A stretch of 58,365 nucleotides of DNA, counting the filler, from Bipalium vagum (Eukaryota): assembly GCA_037834085.1 (NCBI GenBank). It is 3 parts of 3 records of this genome, joined end to end, with 100 filler letters (N's around TTAATTAATTAA, not from the genome) between each part and the next. Parts side by side here need not be neighbours in the genome. Positions count along the whole stretch, not along the records: positions 39,235 to 58,365 come from JBBMKC010009748.1; 2 more parts are not named here. One strand, written 5' to 3'. Below the pieces are notes generated by a model. That model was not told the origin of the DNA. It saw only the letters and a program-made list of their open reading frames with translations, and did not search any database. Positions 39,418-53,246 of the stretch are shown here, piece after piece. The first letter of the stretch is position 1, and each line of letters opens with the position of its first letter. The position numbers and the translations under genes were made by a program.

Positions 39418-40380
39418 TGGTCACTATTATTATTAATGATATTTCTCCATCTTTCTGCCAAATTCGTAAAACTCCTGGAGTTTAATGTACCGTATGATAG
39501 ACTCATCGTCACTGCATGTCTTCCCGTTCAAGGAATTCTGCAGCTACCTAAACAAATGATAATCGGTAATAGCCAAGTCTGGTGAAGAATCAATAATCAA
39601 TAAATCCACTCAAGAATCAATAATTTTTTTCGGGTGATCAAAGATTACTGTGTATTGCTGGTAGACAACACCCTTCAGAATTTACAATCTTGGACGCTTT
39701 TCGTGGATTCATTGCTCACCTTTATCAATTGAGAGCAGTACATATTCGAATTAATCGTTTGCCAAGATGATATCAGCTCTTAATAAATTACATCTTTAAA
39801 CTCACCCCAGACAAAAAGCATGATCTTCTTGGTGTACATTCCTGCCTTTACTGATGATTTTGGTGGCTCACCAGGACGATCCCACGATCTTTTGTGGTGC
39901 CCATTGTCATATACAACCCAATTTTCATCACTGGTAACTAATTGCCTCAAGAAAGGATGGTTTTCTTTACCGTTTCAACAATGAATAACATATTGATAAT
40001 CGTGCCAAAATATTAGCCTCCGTTAATTTATGCAGTACCTATCCATTGAGTTGTGAAACGAATCCCAGATTACGTAGGATATTTTTATCGTTGAATGCGA
40101 TGTCTCTAGTATTGTTGCGATTTCCCGAATTTTGTTCGATGGATTACTTTCGATATTGGACTTAATAGCATTGGGATCAATATGAGATGGGCCTGCGGAA
40201 TGGGATGCATCGTTCATATCGAATTTTCCACAACAGAATTTGACGAATCATTTTTGGCATACTTGTATAGTATCAACTCAATATACCTTACATATTTTCC
40301 TATGTGTATCTGAGGATCGCTTGCTTTTTAAAATTAAAATAATATACAATATATAATACTTAACTTTTTCAAAAAAAACA
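39418..40380 (-). mobile_element. Degenerate mariner remnant
   Basis: LRQLVTSDENWVVYDN..KRSW, SPDLAITDYHLF and LAERWR motifs. Confidence 0.8.
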
Positions 40381-40999
40381 TGACGAAAATGCAGTTTTTA
40401 TCTTGCATAATGATATTTTAATTATTGCTTAAGATAATTATATTATTTAAACAAAAACGAAATGATTAATTTATGAAAAAATGATTTACAAATTCCAATA
40501 TTAAAAAGCACTGGAACTTCAGTTGTTCAGAATTATTTTGGAGGTCTTACATCACTCGCCATATTTACCACATATCGCAACTTCTGATTTCCATTTGTTA
40601 AATTCTATTCAATCAGCACTTGGAAGCATTCGTCTCGGATGAAGGCCTTCAAAATTGGATTGATATTTGGATTGGTTGAAAAGAACTATAGTTTTACTTT
40701 CGCTGAATCCTTTCATATCCTGAAAGATTGCTTTTAATATAAAAAATTTTAATAAAATAAAACTTAAGTCTTTGATTTTTAATAAAAACCGGAGTCATAT
40801 TTATAGACCTACAATAATATAAGAAGTTGTTTTCCATAGATGAAAAAATAATTTTTGTCATTCTATCCAAAAGAAATGGCATTCGTTATTATTTTCTGTT
40901 ATTTATAAATTTTATTTATATTATATTTTCTTGAAGTTTTATAACTACAATTTCCGAGAACATACTGAGGTCGACCTATGTTTCATATTTTGTCCAATA

Positions 41000-41800
41000 T
41001 TTTAATTTAAGGCCAGAGATCATTACATAAAACTACTGTGGAAAAATGTTTTTATAGGCAGGGATGATAGACTAATTAAATAACAAAGATTGTGGACATC
41101 TGTAGTAAAAATAAAAATTGTAGAAGTTAATTAAGACATATCCGATCACAAAAATTTCAGTATTTGTTATGGATAAATGTAAGCTATCAAACAGTTCCGG
41201 AAAAATGTAAAACAACTTGGGAAGCTGAAAAAGATTGAAAATTGGTATTGGATGATTTATATTAGAAACAAAATCTGAGTTTTAAGGTGTGCCACCGTTT
41301 TTATTTCTGAACATAAATGGAATTTTTAATCAATTTCAAAGTGCAATAAAATATTCATTAAATATAATTTTCACAAGCCCTAAGCAAAATGATTAATTAG
41401 ATCATTATCAAGGTTTGCAACATTTTTCAAAAGTATAACTTTACCACAAGAAAATTAAGATTAAAATTTTGTGGTATGCTTGAAGCATCATTTATGAGTT
41501 TCTGACTTGGAAAACCAATTACAAAAAATAAGTATTGAAAAGAAATCCATCATTCGCCTGAAAATAAAAAATATCGTCTTCTATACTTTTCATAAATAAC
41601 AATAAGAAAGTTGTATGCTCTCGGGTACCAAGATATACATTATTATCAATTTTCGCTAGACTTCATATCTACAGAATTTCCAATGTTTCTGAAAATAAAA
41701 TTCTGCTAGATGATGGGTTGCTAAAAGTGTTTGTCAACATGACAACAAAATTCTTTTAATCAAATTAATTCCCGTTGTGAACTATTTGACTATTGCTTTG
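41000..41800 (+). mobile_element. Highly degraded mariner-like remnant
   Basis: Only scattered mariner-like peptides; limits approximate. Confidence 0.35.
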
Positions 41801-42106
41801 CTCATTGCTTAGATTTATAAATATTATTTGGTATTCAGTAATTACATCAGTCTCACAAATAAAAACAAAAGTAGCACTGGGGTTTAAAACCCTCTTTAAA
41901 AATATTAATTTAAGAATATTTTTAATCTATTTTACTGTGATTCTAAATCGGCAGAAGAAATCATTCTTTAGAATTAAAAAATAAAATAGAATTTTTATAA
42001 TTTTAGTTTTTGTATCCAGAAATTTCAGACATGTAGGAGTTAAAAATAAAATTATTGACATTAAATTTTTCATTTTTATCATATTTCAAATACTTATTGT
42101 AAAAAC

Positions 42107-45100
42107 CTGATCTTTTTTCAAAATGCCACTACGGTTTTTGTCCATCTCCTTCAGGACCTTTCTAAAAGATTCTAAATCAAAAGGCTCTCGAGACTTGATA
42201 AGTTGAATTTCAGCTCTTTGAAGCAAATCTAAATCCGTGATCTCTGATTGAACTCTTAGTCCAGTATCAATTTCTTCAGCATCAATTGCTTCAATACTAT
42301 CACGTCCTACATTATTTATGTGATTCTTTAAATCAAATAATCGACATATACCACTCAAGGAATGTGCTCTTTCAATGTAACTAATTAATTTTTCATGATG
42401 AACTTTTCCTCCTTTGATCTGACATTTATGAATCAAAAAGTCAAGAAGACGATTTGGTAGATCAAAATGAAGTTCAGAAAAAGTAACTAAGCAGTCGGTT
42501 ATACTGACAAATCCATCTTCAGAACTTGAATGAATTTTTCTCAGTGCCATCCTTAAACTTCTTAACTTTTGACGACTTACACCTCTTAAAACAGGAATAA
42601 GCTGATGATGTAATGAATATTCTTCATTTTTCTTGCTCTCTTCATCATTTTGAGAATTTTCTTCACCAAACACCTCTTTTTAAAAAAGTCTATTAATTAT
42701 ATTACACAATTATATAGTTATTATTTGGATTTTTTTTAAAATTACGACGATAAATTTTATAATTGATAAAGTTTTAATTTAATTTAACTAATAATTTCAT
42801 CGAAATTGAAATAAAACATATTTGAATCTCAAGAATTTTCCAAAGAGAATTTCTGATCAGATTACGGTCTATGAGTCTCTCTTAAAATTGATTTCATTTT
42901 CACAAAAAATTCATTTAATGATATCAGCCATCATTTTTCGATATTTTATAAGAAATCAGATAATTATAAAATGAATATGTCAATTTCAAAGATGCATTCA
43001 TTGATGGACACAAATCAAGGTTTTTTGTATAAACGATGCGATGTATAAACGATAAAGATTTGGAAAATGTATGGATATTTCGATTTTTCAATTGGCTGAG
43101 AAAAATATCAATATAAGAGAAGATATTTTAAGAATTGAAGCTATGTTTGCAACAGATCTTAAAATTTTAAATATCATATGGTTGGATTGCTAGGTTTAAA
43201 AAAGACACGATTTAAAATCAAAAGTTTAATTGAATGAAACTGGAAATATAAATTTTAAGAAGATTAATTTCCAAAAAAATTTAATAATATATATTCTAAA
43301 ATTATGCCCTGCACAATTTTTATAATATGGATTATTCCGGGTTTGTGCACAGAGTCTCCATCAAACAGAAATGTAAAGGGGTATGAAAATAGCGAAATCA
43401 GAATCACTAATGTATAGGGCCACAAAAAAATTGACTTAAAAATGATGTAAATTGACCTATAACATACAAAATTGACTTTATTGTCCTTAACCATACAAAA
43501 GTTGACTTTAAAATAGCAAAAAATATAATCAAAATAATAACAATTTATTTCAAGAAAATCATTATCTTTTGTTCAAATACATAACAAAATATTGGTTAAT
43601 ATTTTCTTTTTTGAATTGTCTATCATTACATAAAAGCTTTTTAGGAGTCGAAAAACTTCTTTCGACAGCTGACATTTTTGAAGCATATCATAAAGTTCCG
43701 GGGAAATCTCATTTCGATGTATTTCCATAATTACTTTTATTTCGTTTTTCTGTAACATCTTTTCAATATACTTTTCAGCTCACAAAGGTCTTCTTCAAAG
43801 GAAATAGATTTTAAAATATTGAAGATTGTTTTAATTAAAATAAAATAGTTTTCGCATTGGGTAATTAATGACACTAACTGATAGTAATGAAAAAAGTCGC
43901 TGCCCTTGTTTATTTTTAACGCATGTAGATTTAATTGACGCAATTAAGTTATCCATGAAAAAGACATGGATATAAAATATGCCATGATTCACTGCACATA
44001 TCATATATGGCTCGGCATCTGTGAGAAGTAAGCAAAAATTTTCTCGACTACATCCTAGAAATGGAATAGTATCATTTATAATATGAACAATACCAGTAGA
44101 TTTAATGAATGAATCAAGAATAAGATATTTACATAAATAAGAGACGCCTAGATTTTCAAGAATAACCTTGAGAATATTAAAAAATTTATAATTCAAAACT
44201 TCTGATTTATCCATAATTTTAAAAATCTGCTTGTTTTGTACATAATGCTTTCACTGGATTTCGTCATTGTAAATAGCTGATAAACGTGTTTCATTGGTAG
44301 AAAGATGATCTAAAGACTAAAAATGCTCGAAGAGATTGATTTCGCAATTTCCACAATGGAATATCAGCAGCTAGGAATGCTTTTGTTAGATTTATAGTAA
44401 AATCCTCACTGTTCTTTGGCAAAAATTGCTATTTGAAAAGTTTCTTTGAACTTGTTTGGCTATTATTTTGAAGAAATTTTAAATGTTTAATTGTTGCTCG
44501 ATGTTTATCAACAAAATTTTTTTATGAAACTTGATCTGTATTGAAACACATGAATCATTATAGATTTTGCAATTTTCGTATTTTTAAATATTTAATTATT
44601 ATTAAAATATTGCTTTATTATTAAAACAATTTTAATTTTATTGCCTTTATTGACTTTTTTGTGGCCTTACTGTATTTTGCTGCAATGCTGATGGTAATGA
44701 CAAAAGAAAACTAATGGTCATAGGAAAATAGCAACCCAAATGTTTTAAAATTTGTCTGTTTCAAAGCGAATTCAAAAGTATGGATGATCAATAAAGATTT
44801 TAATGATTGAATTATAGAGTTTAATGAAGACATGAGTATCAAAAACATAAATATTGTTCTAATATTGGATAATGCTCCATGCCATAAAGAATGCCAATTA
44901 TCAAATGTCAAAATAATTTGCCAAAATATTCTAAAGGAATCCTACAGCCTCTTAATACTTGTGAAATCAAAGAATTTAAATGCTACTATAAAAAGTTATC
45001 TTAAGGAAATTGTTAGAATTTTCGTTGATATTTAATGATATCATAGAAAAATGTATAATTAGCAGATTCTATCTATATGATACAACAATCGTGGAATCAA

Positions 45101-46409
45101 ATTAGCTCGTCCACAATTCTAAATTGCTGGATTCATACAGGTTTAACCAGTCCCCATTCGACATTACCAGAGATTAAATTTTCTTTTGTCGAGGATATCC
45201 AATGTCTTAAAGATCAAATAAACATTTAAGGTCCATACACCACCGTAGATGAAAATATCTCTGCGTGGCAGGAACTACAAACGGAAGATATTGTTGACAT
45301 GATAACCACTCCTAATAATATATCTGGAAGTTCTTCCGATGAAGATAATATTACAAGTAGTTCCGAAAAAGCATTATCTTATCAAATTATATTTAAGAAG
45401 GATCCTACTTTTTTCAAGTTATCAAACGACTTATTTGTTGCCTGGAAAAAAATTTGATGAAAAAACTCTTGATCTTTCTACAGTATTATTATCTATCAGA
45501 AAGTATTATTTTAAATTCTCAACCACAGGTCAAGAAAACTTATATACTGGATTTCTGTAAATAAAATTTTTAATGGTGATGATTTCCCTTTATAATTTCA
45601 TTTTTAAAACAGATTTTTTATTTTGTACCCGTTCTAGTGTTGCATAATCAAGCTTACCCGGAATAAAGGAACCCCGTTATAAAAATTTATAAAATAAAAT
45701 TGAAAAAAAATTTATTGGAACTTGTATTAGACAAAATATATTCAAAAATTAATTAACGTTTAAGAAATAGAATTTTGTAAAATAATTATTGATTTTAGTA
45801 ATAATGTTATTTTTAATTAAAAATATGCATAATGAAAAAGGAAATGCATGAATATATAATTTTTCTGAAATTTACCTTCCTCTTTTGACTTGAAAGTTGA
45901 GGGACCAAATTTACTGAACGTTGCGATAGCCTGTGAATAAAATGATCTAACAATGGACCACAAAATCATAATTGAATAATTATTTTGAAAAAGATTAATA
46001 AAATAAATACATTAAAAGTATTAATTCTATAAATATTTTTCAATAATATAAATTTACTTTCACTTTCACGGACCCTCTTTTGGAATTATTTTCAGCAGGT
46101 TTCTTTTTTAATGTTTGGTTACCAGATTTAGGTAATGCTGGTGACCTTGTGGGTTTTGGTGATTTCGCTTTTGATTTATCCTGAAGAATTTTCTGAGAAG
46201 AATTAGGTTTTTTTGCCGAAACTTTAGAAACAGGGGTTTCTTTAGGAGCCACTTTCGTATTTATTGCAGACGACATTAAATTTTCAGGTTTACTTTTGGT
46301 ACAATCAATTACTAACTGAATTTTATTTAATCCGCTCATTTACAATGCAGTTGATAAAGGACAAACTTACCACAGCCAAACGGGTAGTATCTTCCAACAA
46401 TTGCTGCAT
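42107..46409 (-). CDS. Uncharacterised protein with degenerate EF-hand-like repeats (possibly C1orf87-like), 3'-incomplete
   Basis: In-phase GT-AG exons 46371-46409, 46058-46315, 45876-45930 and 42107-42675. Contains a Lys/Pro/Ser-rich region and EF-like loops SSEDGFVSITD and MDKNRSGILKKDQ. Ends at donor CAG|GT with no downstream exon found before the linker. Confidence 0.7.
42880..45680 (+). mobile_element. Tigger/pogo element remnant, interrupted by a nested element
   Basis: GWIARFKKRH, RIT-[insertion]-FCCNADGNDKRKLMVIGK, LILDNAPCH, LQPL and SWNQISSSTILNCW. Confidence 0.8.
43415..44669 (-). mobile_element. hAT-like (DUF659/CGGBP-related) element nested in the Tigger
   Basis: TIRs TAGGGCCACAAAAAA / TTTTTTGTGGCCTTA with subterminal TTGAC repeats; motifs AFLAADIPLWKLRN and ENFCLLLTDAEPYM. 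Confidence 0.75.
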
Positions 46410-47969
46410 TATAACAAAGATAATTGCTAAATAATTCAAATGAACTCACCTTTAAGGGTTAAAATGATTTATATAACTTTGATAATATTATTGTCATTGG
46501 TTTCCTGAGAACATTTTATTAGAAGATAATATTGTAATTATGATTTATACAACTTATTTTTCTCTTTCGTTATTAATTTATCAAAACGAATCTTAGTTGT
46601 CAGGAAATCAGTGTTCCTAACCAATGGAAAACCACAACGAAACAATGAATCTCTGAAAAGAATGACATAAGAAAACTTTCAGACTGCCACATTCAATGGA
46701 TATGAAACAAAAGAAAAATTATCAATATCGTTAAATATGTTAAAACAATGAGATTATTAATATGACATCAATATTATTGTCAATATTATATATTACTTTT
46801 AATTATTATATTGTTAATAATCTCTATTAAATGAAAGTCCTTTTCCGATATTTCAAATCGAGGGAAAAATAAAATTTTAAATTTAAAGTTTTATTTTAAA
46901 ATGAAAAATTTTTTAAAACAAAATAAAAAAGTAAATTATACAAAAAAAATTAAAAATAATTTTAATTTTTACATATTTGTTAGGTTAGCCAAGAACACAT
47001 TCCTTTAACCCTTTAAATTATCTTTTGAAGACCTTAAATGGTATATAATAATTATAATATTAATAAATTAATTATAAAGACCTCAAAAAAGTCAGAAACA
47101 TGCTAATAATAATAATACTACAAATAATAATTAAATAGCAATTATAAAAGTCAAAAAATTAATTATAATACTGAATAATAATACTAATTTTTTATCAATA
47201 AATGATCTAATCTCGACAATGGCAAATGTCGAATACCAAGATTAGACCAGGGTCCACAATTAGAAACCGATTTAGGTTTTATTACCTTTGAAAATTTTGA
47301 TCCAACTTTTACTGACTATTCGATTTGATTATTATTGATTGTCCTGATTTTCAGTATTGCTTTATTAATTTTGAATACTTGAGATATTTTACATTGGAGA
47401 CTGTTATTGTGCGATGACCTATGTGTATCTGCGTTAATAGAATAAAGTTTTATTGTAGTCGTTTTGATTCAATTATTTTCGAAGACGTTTTTGACAAAAG
47501 TGACAGGGTCGGTAAATTTATGAGCTAAGTGCTACGATAAGGTTTCATAGTAATATAAAGCGTAACTTATTTATTTAAAAAAAGTATTAGTGCTGTGTAT
47601 CAGTAAATTTATAATCAAAACGACTGTCAACTATCCGTATATTTTAAAAAATAATTATTTCATAATCTTATTTAATTCTATTTAATATTATGATAATATT
47701 TTTTAAAGATATTTTATTATGATTTTAATTTTTACTTTACATTTACAAAACCATTTTCTTTTGTTGAAAATCTTATTTTATTTTATCTTAAAATCTTTTT
47801 AGAACAATTTATTAATTTAAAACAATTTTAATTTTAAAACAATCTCTTAAAAACAATTTTTATTTCCTTAGTTACAATAGATGAAACCTAACACAATGTA
47901 GCTTTTGTAACGTTTCAAGATATAGCATATATTTATAGGACATTATTACATCACCAATTTTACCGTTGA

Positions 47970-49141
47970 TTAAGTGCACCGGAAAGTAATAACATAGTAA
48001 TGACAAAATTCAAACAAAAAAATTTTTAATAAATATTTATTTTTGATAGACATAGTTATTCTCTTTTCAATAATCTTCTGCCATCTGCAATGTAAATTTT
48101 CAAACCCGATTCGATAAAAATCAATTGGCTTTAGAACGAAATATTTTGATAGGGCATTTGAATATCTTCCTATTTTTTTCCCACAGAAAATGTTGAGCGA
48201 ATATGGTCATTGAGGCAAAACTTCAAACCAAAATTTATTAATTTTGTCCAGGTTCGTAATGAACAGTGTGATTTTGTATTCTCGTTTTGCAGAATAACCC
48301 CTTTTCTGTTGACAATCGCTGGGCGTTTTTTTTTTAGTAAAGATTAAATTTATTATCCAATTGTTCGCACCAAAGGTCTGCATTTACAATGTTTCCTCAT
48401 TCCAGCAGTTCCGCAAATACCCCACCGAATGCAAAAAGGCGCCCTTTTGGGATGTAATCTGGTTTACATAGTGAAAATTCATTCGAGGAAACCCACGACC
48501 TTTTTCGTTTAGGATTATCATATAAGATTCATTTTTCGTCTGCAGCGGTCAAGCGATCAAAAAACTTTCCTGCACTGTATCGTTGAAGCAATAATTGACT
48601 TGTATTCATTCGATTAACTTTATTGCTTTCGGAACGTTTATGAGGTACCCACAAATTTTCTTACTTTGCGAATCTGTTGCAAAATTTATTGGATGGTTGG
48701 CCAACGTTGATTAAGTGTGTTTGATATTTACTCGATACTCTTACACTTATTTGTCTCTACATTCGTCCTTAAGATTTCATTATACAAAGCTGTTGGTCTT
48801 CCTCATCGATACGAGTCCGAAACATCTAAAGAACCGGATCTAAACTTTGAAAATCACTTTTAGTATTTGCGAAAGTCAAATGATTTTGGATAGGCATTGC
48901 AAATATTTTTCGTTGCAACTGTTGCGCTACTGATTTTAATAAATTCAAACATCATACACTGCTGGATATGCACCTCTTCTGGCAAAGTAAAACTACAAAT
49001 AAAGTTTAAGATTCAATATTTTACAATGAAATAAGTTACCTTAACTTTAAAATGTATTTGGATTGATTTTAAAATTAGCAATCAATTGATAACTATTAAT
49101 GAAGTTTTTAAAAAAACGGCATTACTTTCCGGTCCACCTAA
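47970..49141 (-). mobile_element. Mariner element, degenerate, with both TIRs
   Basis: TIRs TTAAGTGCACCGGAAAGTAAT / ATTACTTTCCGGTCCACCTAA-TA; motifs WVPH and ILYDNPKRKRSW. Confidence 0.85.
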
Positions 49142-49594
49142 TATATTACATATATATATTACATTTTACATTTTCAGTTTTAAAATCATTGTCGATATTG
49201 AAAACGTTTATCAATTTAAATGAAATTTATATTCCGAATTGTTTATCAATAAATTCAACGTGTTCGAAGAGATTGAGCGGGTGGGGGAGGCTCGGTATAT
49301 TCATCGAAATCATAACACGTAAAATTTTGTCATACTTAAAAACAGTGTGAATTATTTATATTAGTTCGTTCGAAATAAATAAACTCCAATTCAATTTTTA
49401 TAAAAATTGATTCATTACAAATAACAAAGACTGTCAAAAAATGGAAGTAAAACCAAAACGATTATCAATAAAAACGAAAACAAAAAAACTACTTGACCTG
49501 TCCATATAATATACCTGACGCGTAATGAAATGAATTAAAAAAGTAATTGAGACTACAATAAACACTGAACGGTAGTGGTGAAATCAATAAAAAA

Positions 49595-49800
49595 TGTCGG
49601 CCATTTAACCTTTACCTGAAAAGCCGGTCGTGATGGCGAGTTGATCCAGGTCACAGAATTTAGTACAGCAATACCCAAGTCAACGTCGCCCGCCCGCTAT
49701 CACATTAGACAGCCACAGTTGCAAACCACTTCGTAGAGCCGGTGTGCGTGCTTGATTATGATTGGTTACCTTTCATCAGTTGGTGTGTCGTTATTAACCT
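49595..49800. promoter_or_regulatory. GC-rich island upstream of the nuclear receptor (probable promoter region)
   Basis: GC-box-like CGCCCGCCCGC, ATTGG at 49761 and Inr-like TCAGTT at 49776; lies between two divergent genes. Confidence 0.5.
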
Positions 49801-49871
49801 TTATTATTTTCTAGCAAAGGTTGATAGCGCATCAATCGATTTTTAATAAATTTTTTTTCAATTTAAGTCAA

Positions 49872-52800
49872 ATGAATGATACTTGTCACAGTAAACATTA
49901 TTTGCTATTATCAAATGAATCGATTGTCTCCAATTTAGAATCAATGCATTCGAATGAGTTTGAAAAATCCAATGCTTCATTCACCAGTGATGGGGACTCG
50001 TTGATTTCCAATGGTATTTTTTCTCCGAACATCAAAACCAACATAGTAGATCTTGCTCACGAAGAATCATTGTCAATTGATCAACAGGAAAAGGATATAT
50101 GTGTAGTTTGTGGTGATCATTCTACAGGTTACATTTTTCATTTTTGTTTTTCTTAAATCCATATCTGAAACTACAAACAAGATTTCATAATTTTTTTTGT
50201 CAAGGTCGTCATTATGGAGTGCTGTCTTGTGAGGGTTGTAAAGGATTTTTTAAAAGATCCATAAGAAATGGAAATCAATATCGCTGTAGAGGAAGTAATG
50301 TATGCATTATCACGAAGGCTTTCCGAAATCGTTGTCAGTATTGTCGACTTCAGAAATGCTTAAGTGTAATAGAATTAGTTTTTTGTGTCGGTTATTGTAT
50401 ATTTTTAAAGGAAGGCATGAGAAGTGATTGGGTTCAAAATGAGCGGAAAATGAATGCTCATTTGAAATCGAATTCCTCTAATATTTTCGAAAAACAGGCT
50501 ACAATTTATTTGCCTATTAGACCGAAACATACGGAATTGAGACAAAACGATCTGGGTAAAACAGAGTTGTCAGTGGAGTAAGGGTTATTTATTATCACTT
50601 TCACTTATTTTCAGTGACAAAATCGTTATTGAAAAATACCAAATTTAATGGTAAAATAATATAATTAATGAAAAACATAATTTGTTGATCTAAAAAATAT
50701 TATCTGGGTAGATGTGGAAGAAAAAATATTTTTATTTATAGCATCATCCAAGTTTTGTTTCTTTAAAAAGCATACTAAGAATGAAATGAGTAAAAATGAG
50801 CTGGTTATTATTAGTTTGATAAAGAAGAAATGTCGGTTTTTACTGGTTGACTTTAAAACTAAGTAACTCATTTGATTATAAAGGTTGTTAATTAAAACAA
50901 AATATTTTACTATCTATACACTATGAAACAAGTTTGGTAATTCCAACAAAATAAAATTGTCGAGTCGACAAACTTCATAAAGGTTGCTTCGACAGCACCT
51001 TGGATTTGAAGCATTTCTGAAGTAGAAAGTTAATGAGGTGCTTGAAGATATATTAATCCATTTGTAATACAAGGTCTGGGGAATTAAATGGATGAGGCAA
51101 AGTTCAATAGCCACATTCGTTCACTGTTTGCAGGGTCAATTTTGAGATGTGTAAAGGTATTGGGTTTTTCATAAGATCAAAGGTGATCACATTTGCTGAA
51201 TATTTTTAGGCATTTCCTAGATTTCCCAAATATATTTCTGTTATATATATTAATCTCATTTAGAGAAACTAATTGACTAAATAAAAGTAAAAAAATCAAA
51301 AAAATAATTTTACTTAAAAATGACCAAATCTTGACATATAGTCCAGAATGTTTGTTATTTTTAAAATCTAATTTATGGTAATGATCATTTGTCCAGTCAA
51401 ACACTTTATATGCATATTTCAATTTGTTTTCTTCAACTGAAATCATAAACAGATTTTAAAAGATTTATTCTTACTATTTCAACAGCGATGGGTTTCTGCC
51501 TCTTAAATTAGTATTTCGTACAGTTATTTATACTAATGAACAAAATATTTTAGATAACAAGTTTTTGATCTTTTATTATGTCTTAATTTTTTCTTATAAA
51601 TAACAATGTAAAATACTTTCTATTTAAAAAAGGTCATATATATATTAATTAAATATCTGTACACACATAACCGAAAAATAGTCACAAGATTCATTAGAAT
51701 TAGAAAAGGAAAGTTTCAGTTCACATCCAGAACACCTTGAATTTGTTTATAGCAAAATGGTGCAATAAACAAACTCGAGAAACAGTATGGCTTCATTTGA
51801 ACTCATATTTAACCGATTTTCTGTAGAGACTCCAGGTCAGAAACATAATTATCTATCCACGTGACTTGAATTCTAAATTTTTTGGACTCAGTCATGACAT
51901 TTATAATTGTGTATCAATAAATTAATATTTTAATCACTTCCTAAATTAAGAAAGAACAAAAAATAAAATAAGTAAATAATGTTATGGATAAATGAAAAAA
52001 TTATATTTCTAGACTTTTTATCCATTTTAAATTAACACTAAAATAGGTTTAAATTTAAGTGATTTGTTAAACAGCAGTGTAACTGAATCAGAACATGTCA
52101 ATTCTTTCATCAATGATCAATGTATGGATAATGAAGAAGTATCAGTAATCAAGAAAGAACTAAATGACCCAGTAATATCTCCAAGTGATCATCATATATC
52201 ATATAAAAATGAAGCGAAATCTGAGATGTTGGATTCTTTAAATTTTATTTTTCAAATGGACCCACTTTCTCTGCCTACAAGATTTACTATTCAGTTTATT
52301 AATGAGACATCTTATAGAATTCTCTTTTTAATTATGGAATGGGTTGGTCACCTCAAATTTTTTGAAGATCTCAAGTAATAATCTTGAACTGTTGAGCGAC
52401 TTTATTTTTTGTTGTTCCAGTTTTCAATCCCAATATAGTCTAATTAGTCATAGTTGGTTAGAATTGTTTATAGTTGCAATGTGTCAGGTTGCTTCCAGTA
52501 TCCACATGGATTCCATGCTAAAGTCGATTTCCAGTCATATCTCACAATCATCATCACAACATAGTGAGAATATGCTTTGGTTTATTTTTAGGAATCTTAT
52601 AGTTGTGTAGGTCAGATAAAGGAAATAAAAAGGGAAATAGACAAGATGATGATGATAAAAAAGAATATTGTGGAAAGTAATTTTACAAATGAGAACCTTG
52701 CTTATATTCGTTGCTTGCTTCTTTTAAATCCAAGTAATTTTGACCTCTCATTTCAAAATATTTTTGATATTTTATGAATTATTTCTCGTTATGAACTTTT

Positions 52801-53246
52801 TTTTCAGTAAATTTTCCTTCATTACTTGACCAAGAGAAAGCTCAAGCTCTTTATAATCGTCTGAAGATTGAAATTTGTGAAAATATTTCTAAAGAAAACA
52901 ATTATGGTGGAGTTTTAAAAATGTTTAATATATTTCAATGCATTGGTGAAATTGAAACTCTGAACAAACCAGTGATTGAAAATATTTTTTTCGCAGGTGA
53001 TTCAACAAAGATTTAAAACAGAATTTTATTATGGATTTGATAGGTCTTGTGAGGTCCGTACAAATAGTTCAACTTTTACCTCTTATAATGAGAACTAGTC
53101 AATTGGTGGGATTCAATTCAGTAGCGCAAAATTCTTATTCTAAATCAAAAGATCCAGAAAACTTAGTATTGCCAAAGACTGACTATTTGAAATCTTTGGA
53201 GCCACTAAGACATATCTTGTCAACATTAAATGAACCAGCTAAATAG
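49872..53246 (+). CDS. Nuclear receptor, TR2/TR4 (NR2C)/Hr78-like, 9 coding exons (~527 aa)
   Basis: Exons 49872-50127, 50205-50365, 50411-50555, 50615-50650, 52047-52374, 52421-52563, 52611-52733, 52808-52996 and 53044-53246 (GT-AG, 1584 nt). C4 zinc fingers [46 protein letters not shown] motifs [33 protein letters not shown] and [10 protein letters not shown]. Confidence 0.9.
50700..51500 (-). mobile_element. Possible P-element-like transposase remnant in the NR intron
   Basis: Weak motifs [13 protein letters not shown] and LLSFKVNQ; degraded. Confidence 0.3.

Noticed and set aside
49610-49700. TTACCTG as a U1 snRNA 5' end
   Set aside because: No U1 loop I/II sequences or Sm site.
49765-49790. 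CTGATGA on the minus strand as a hammerhead ribozyme core
   Set aside because: No stem II followed by GAAA and no stem III.
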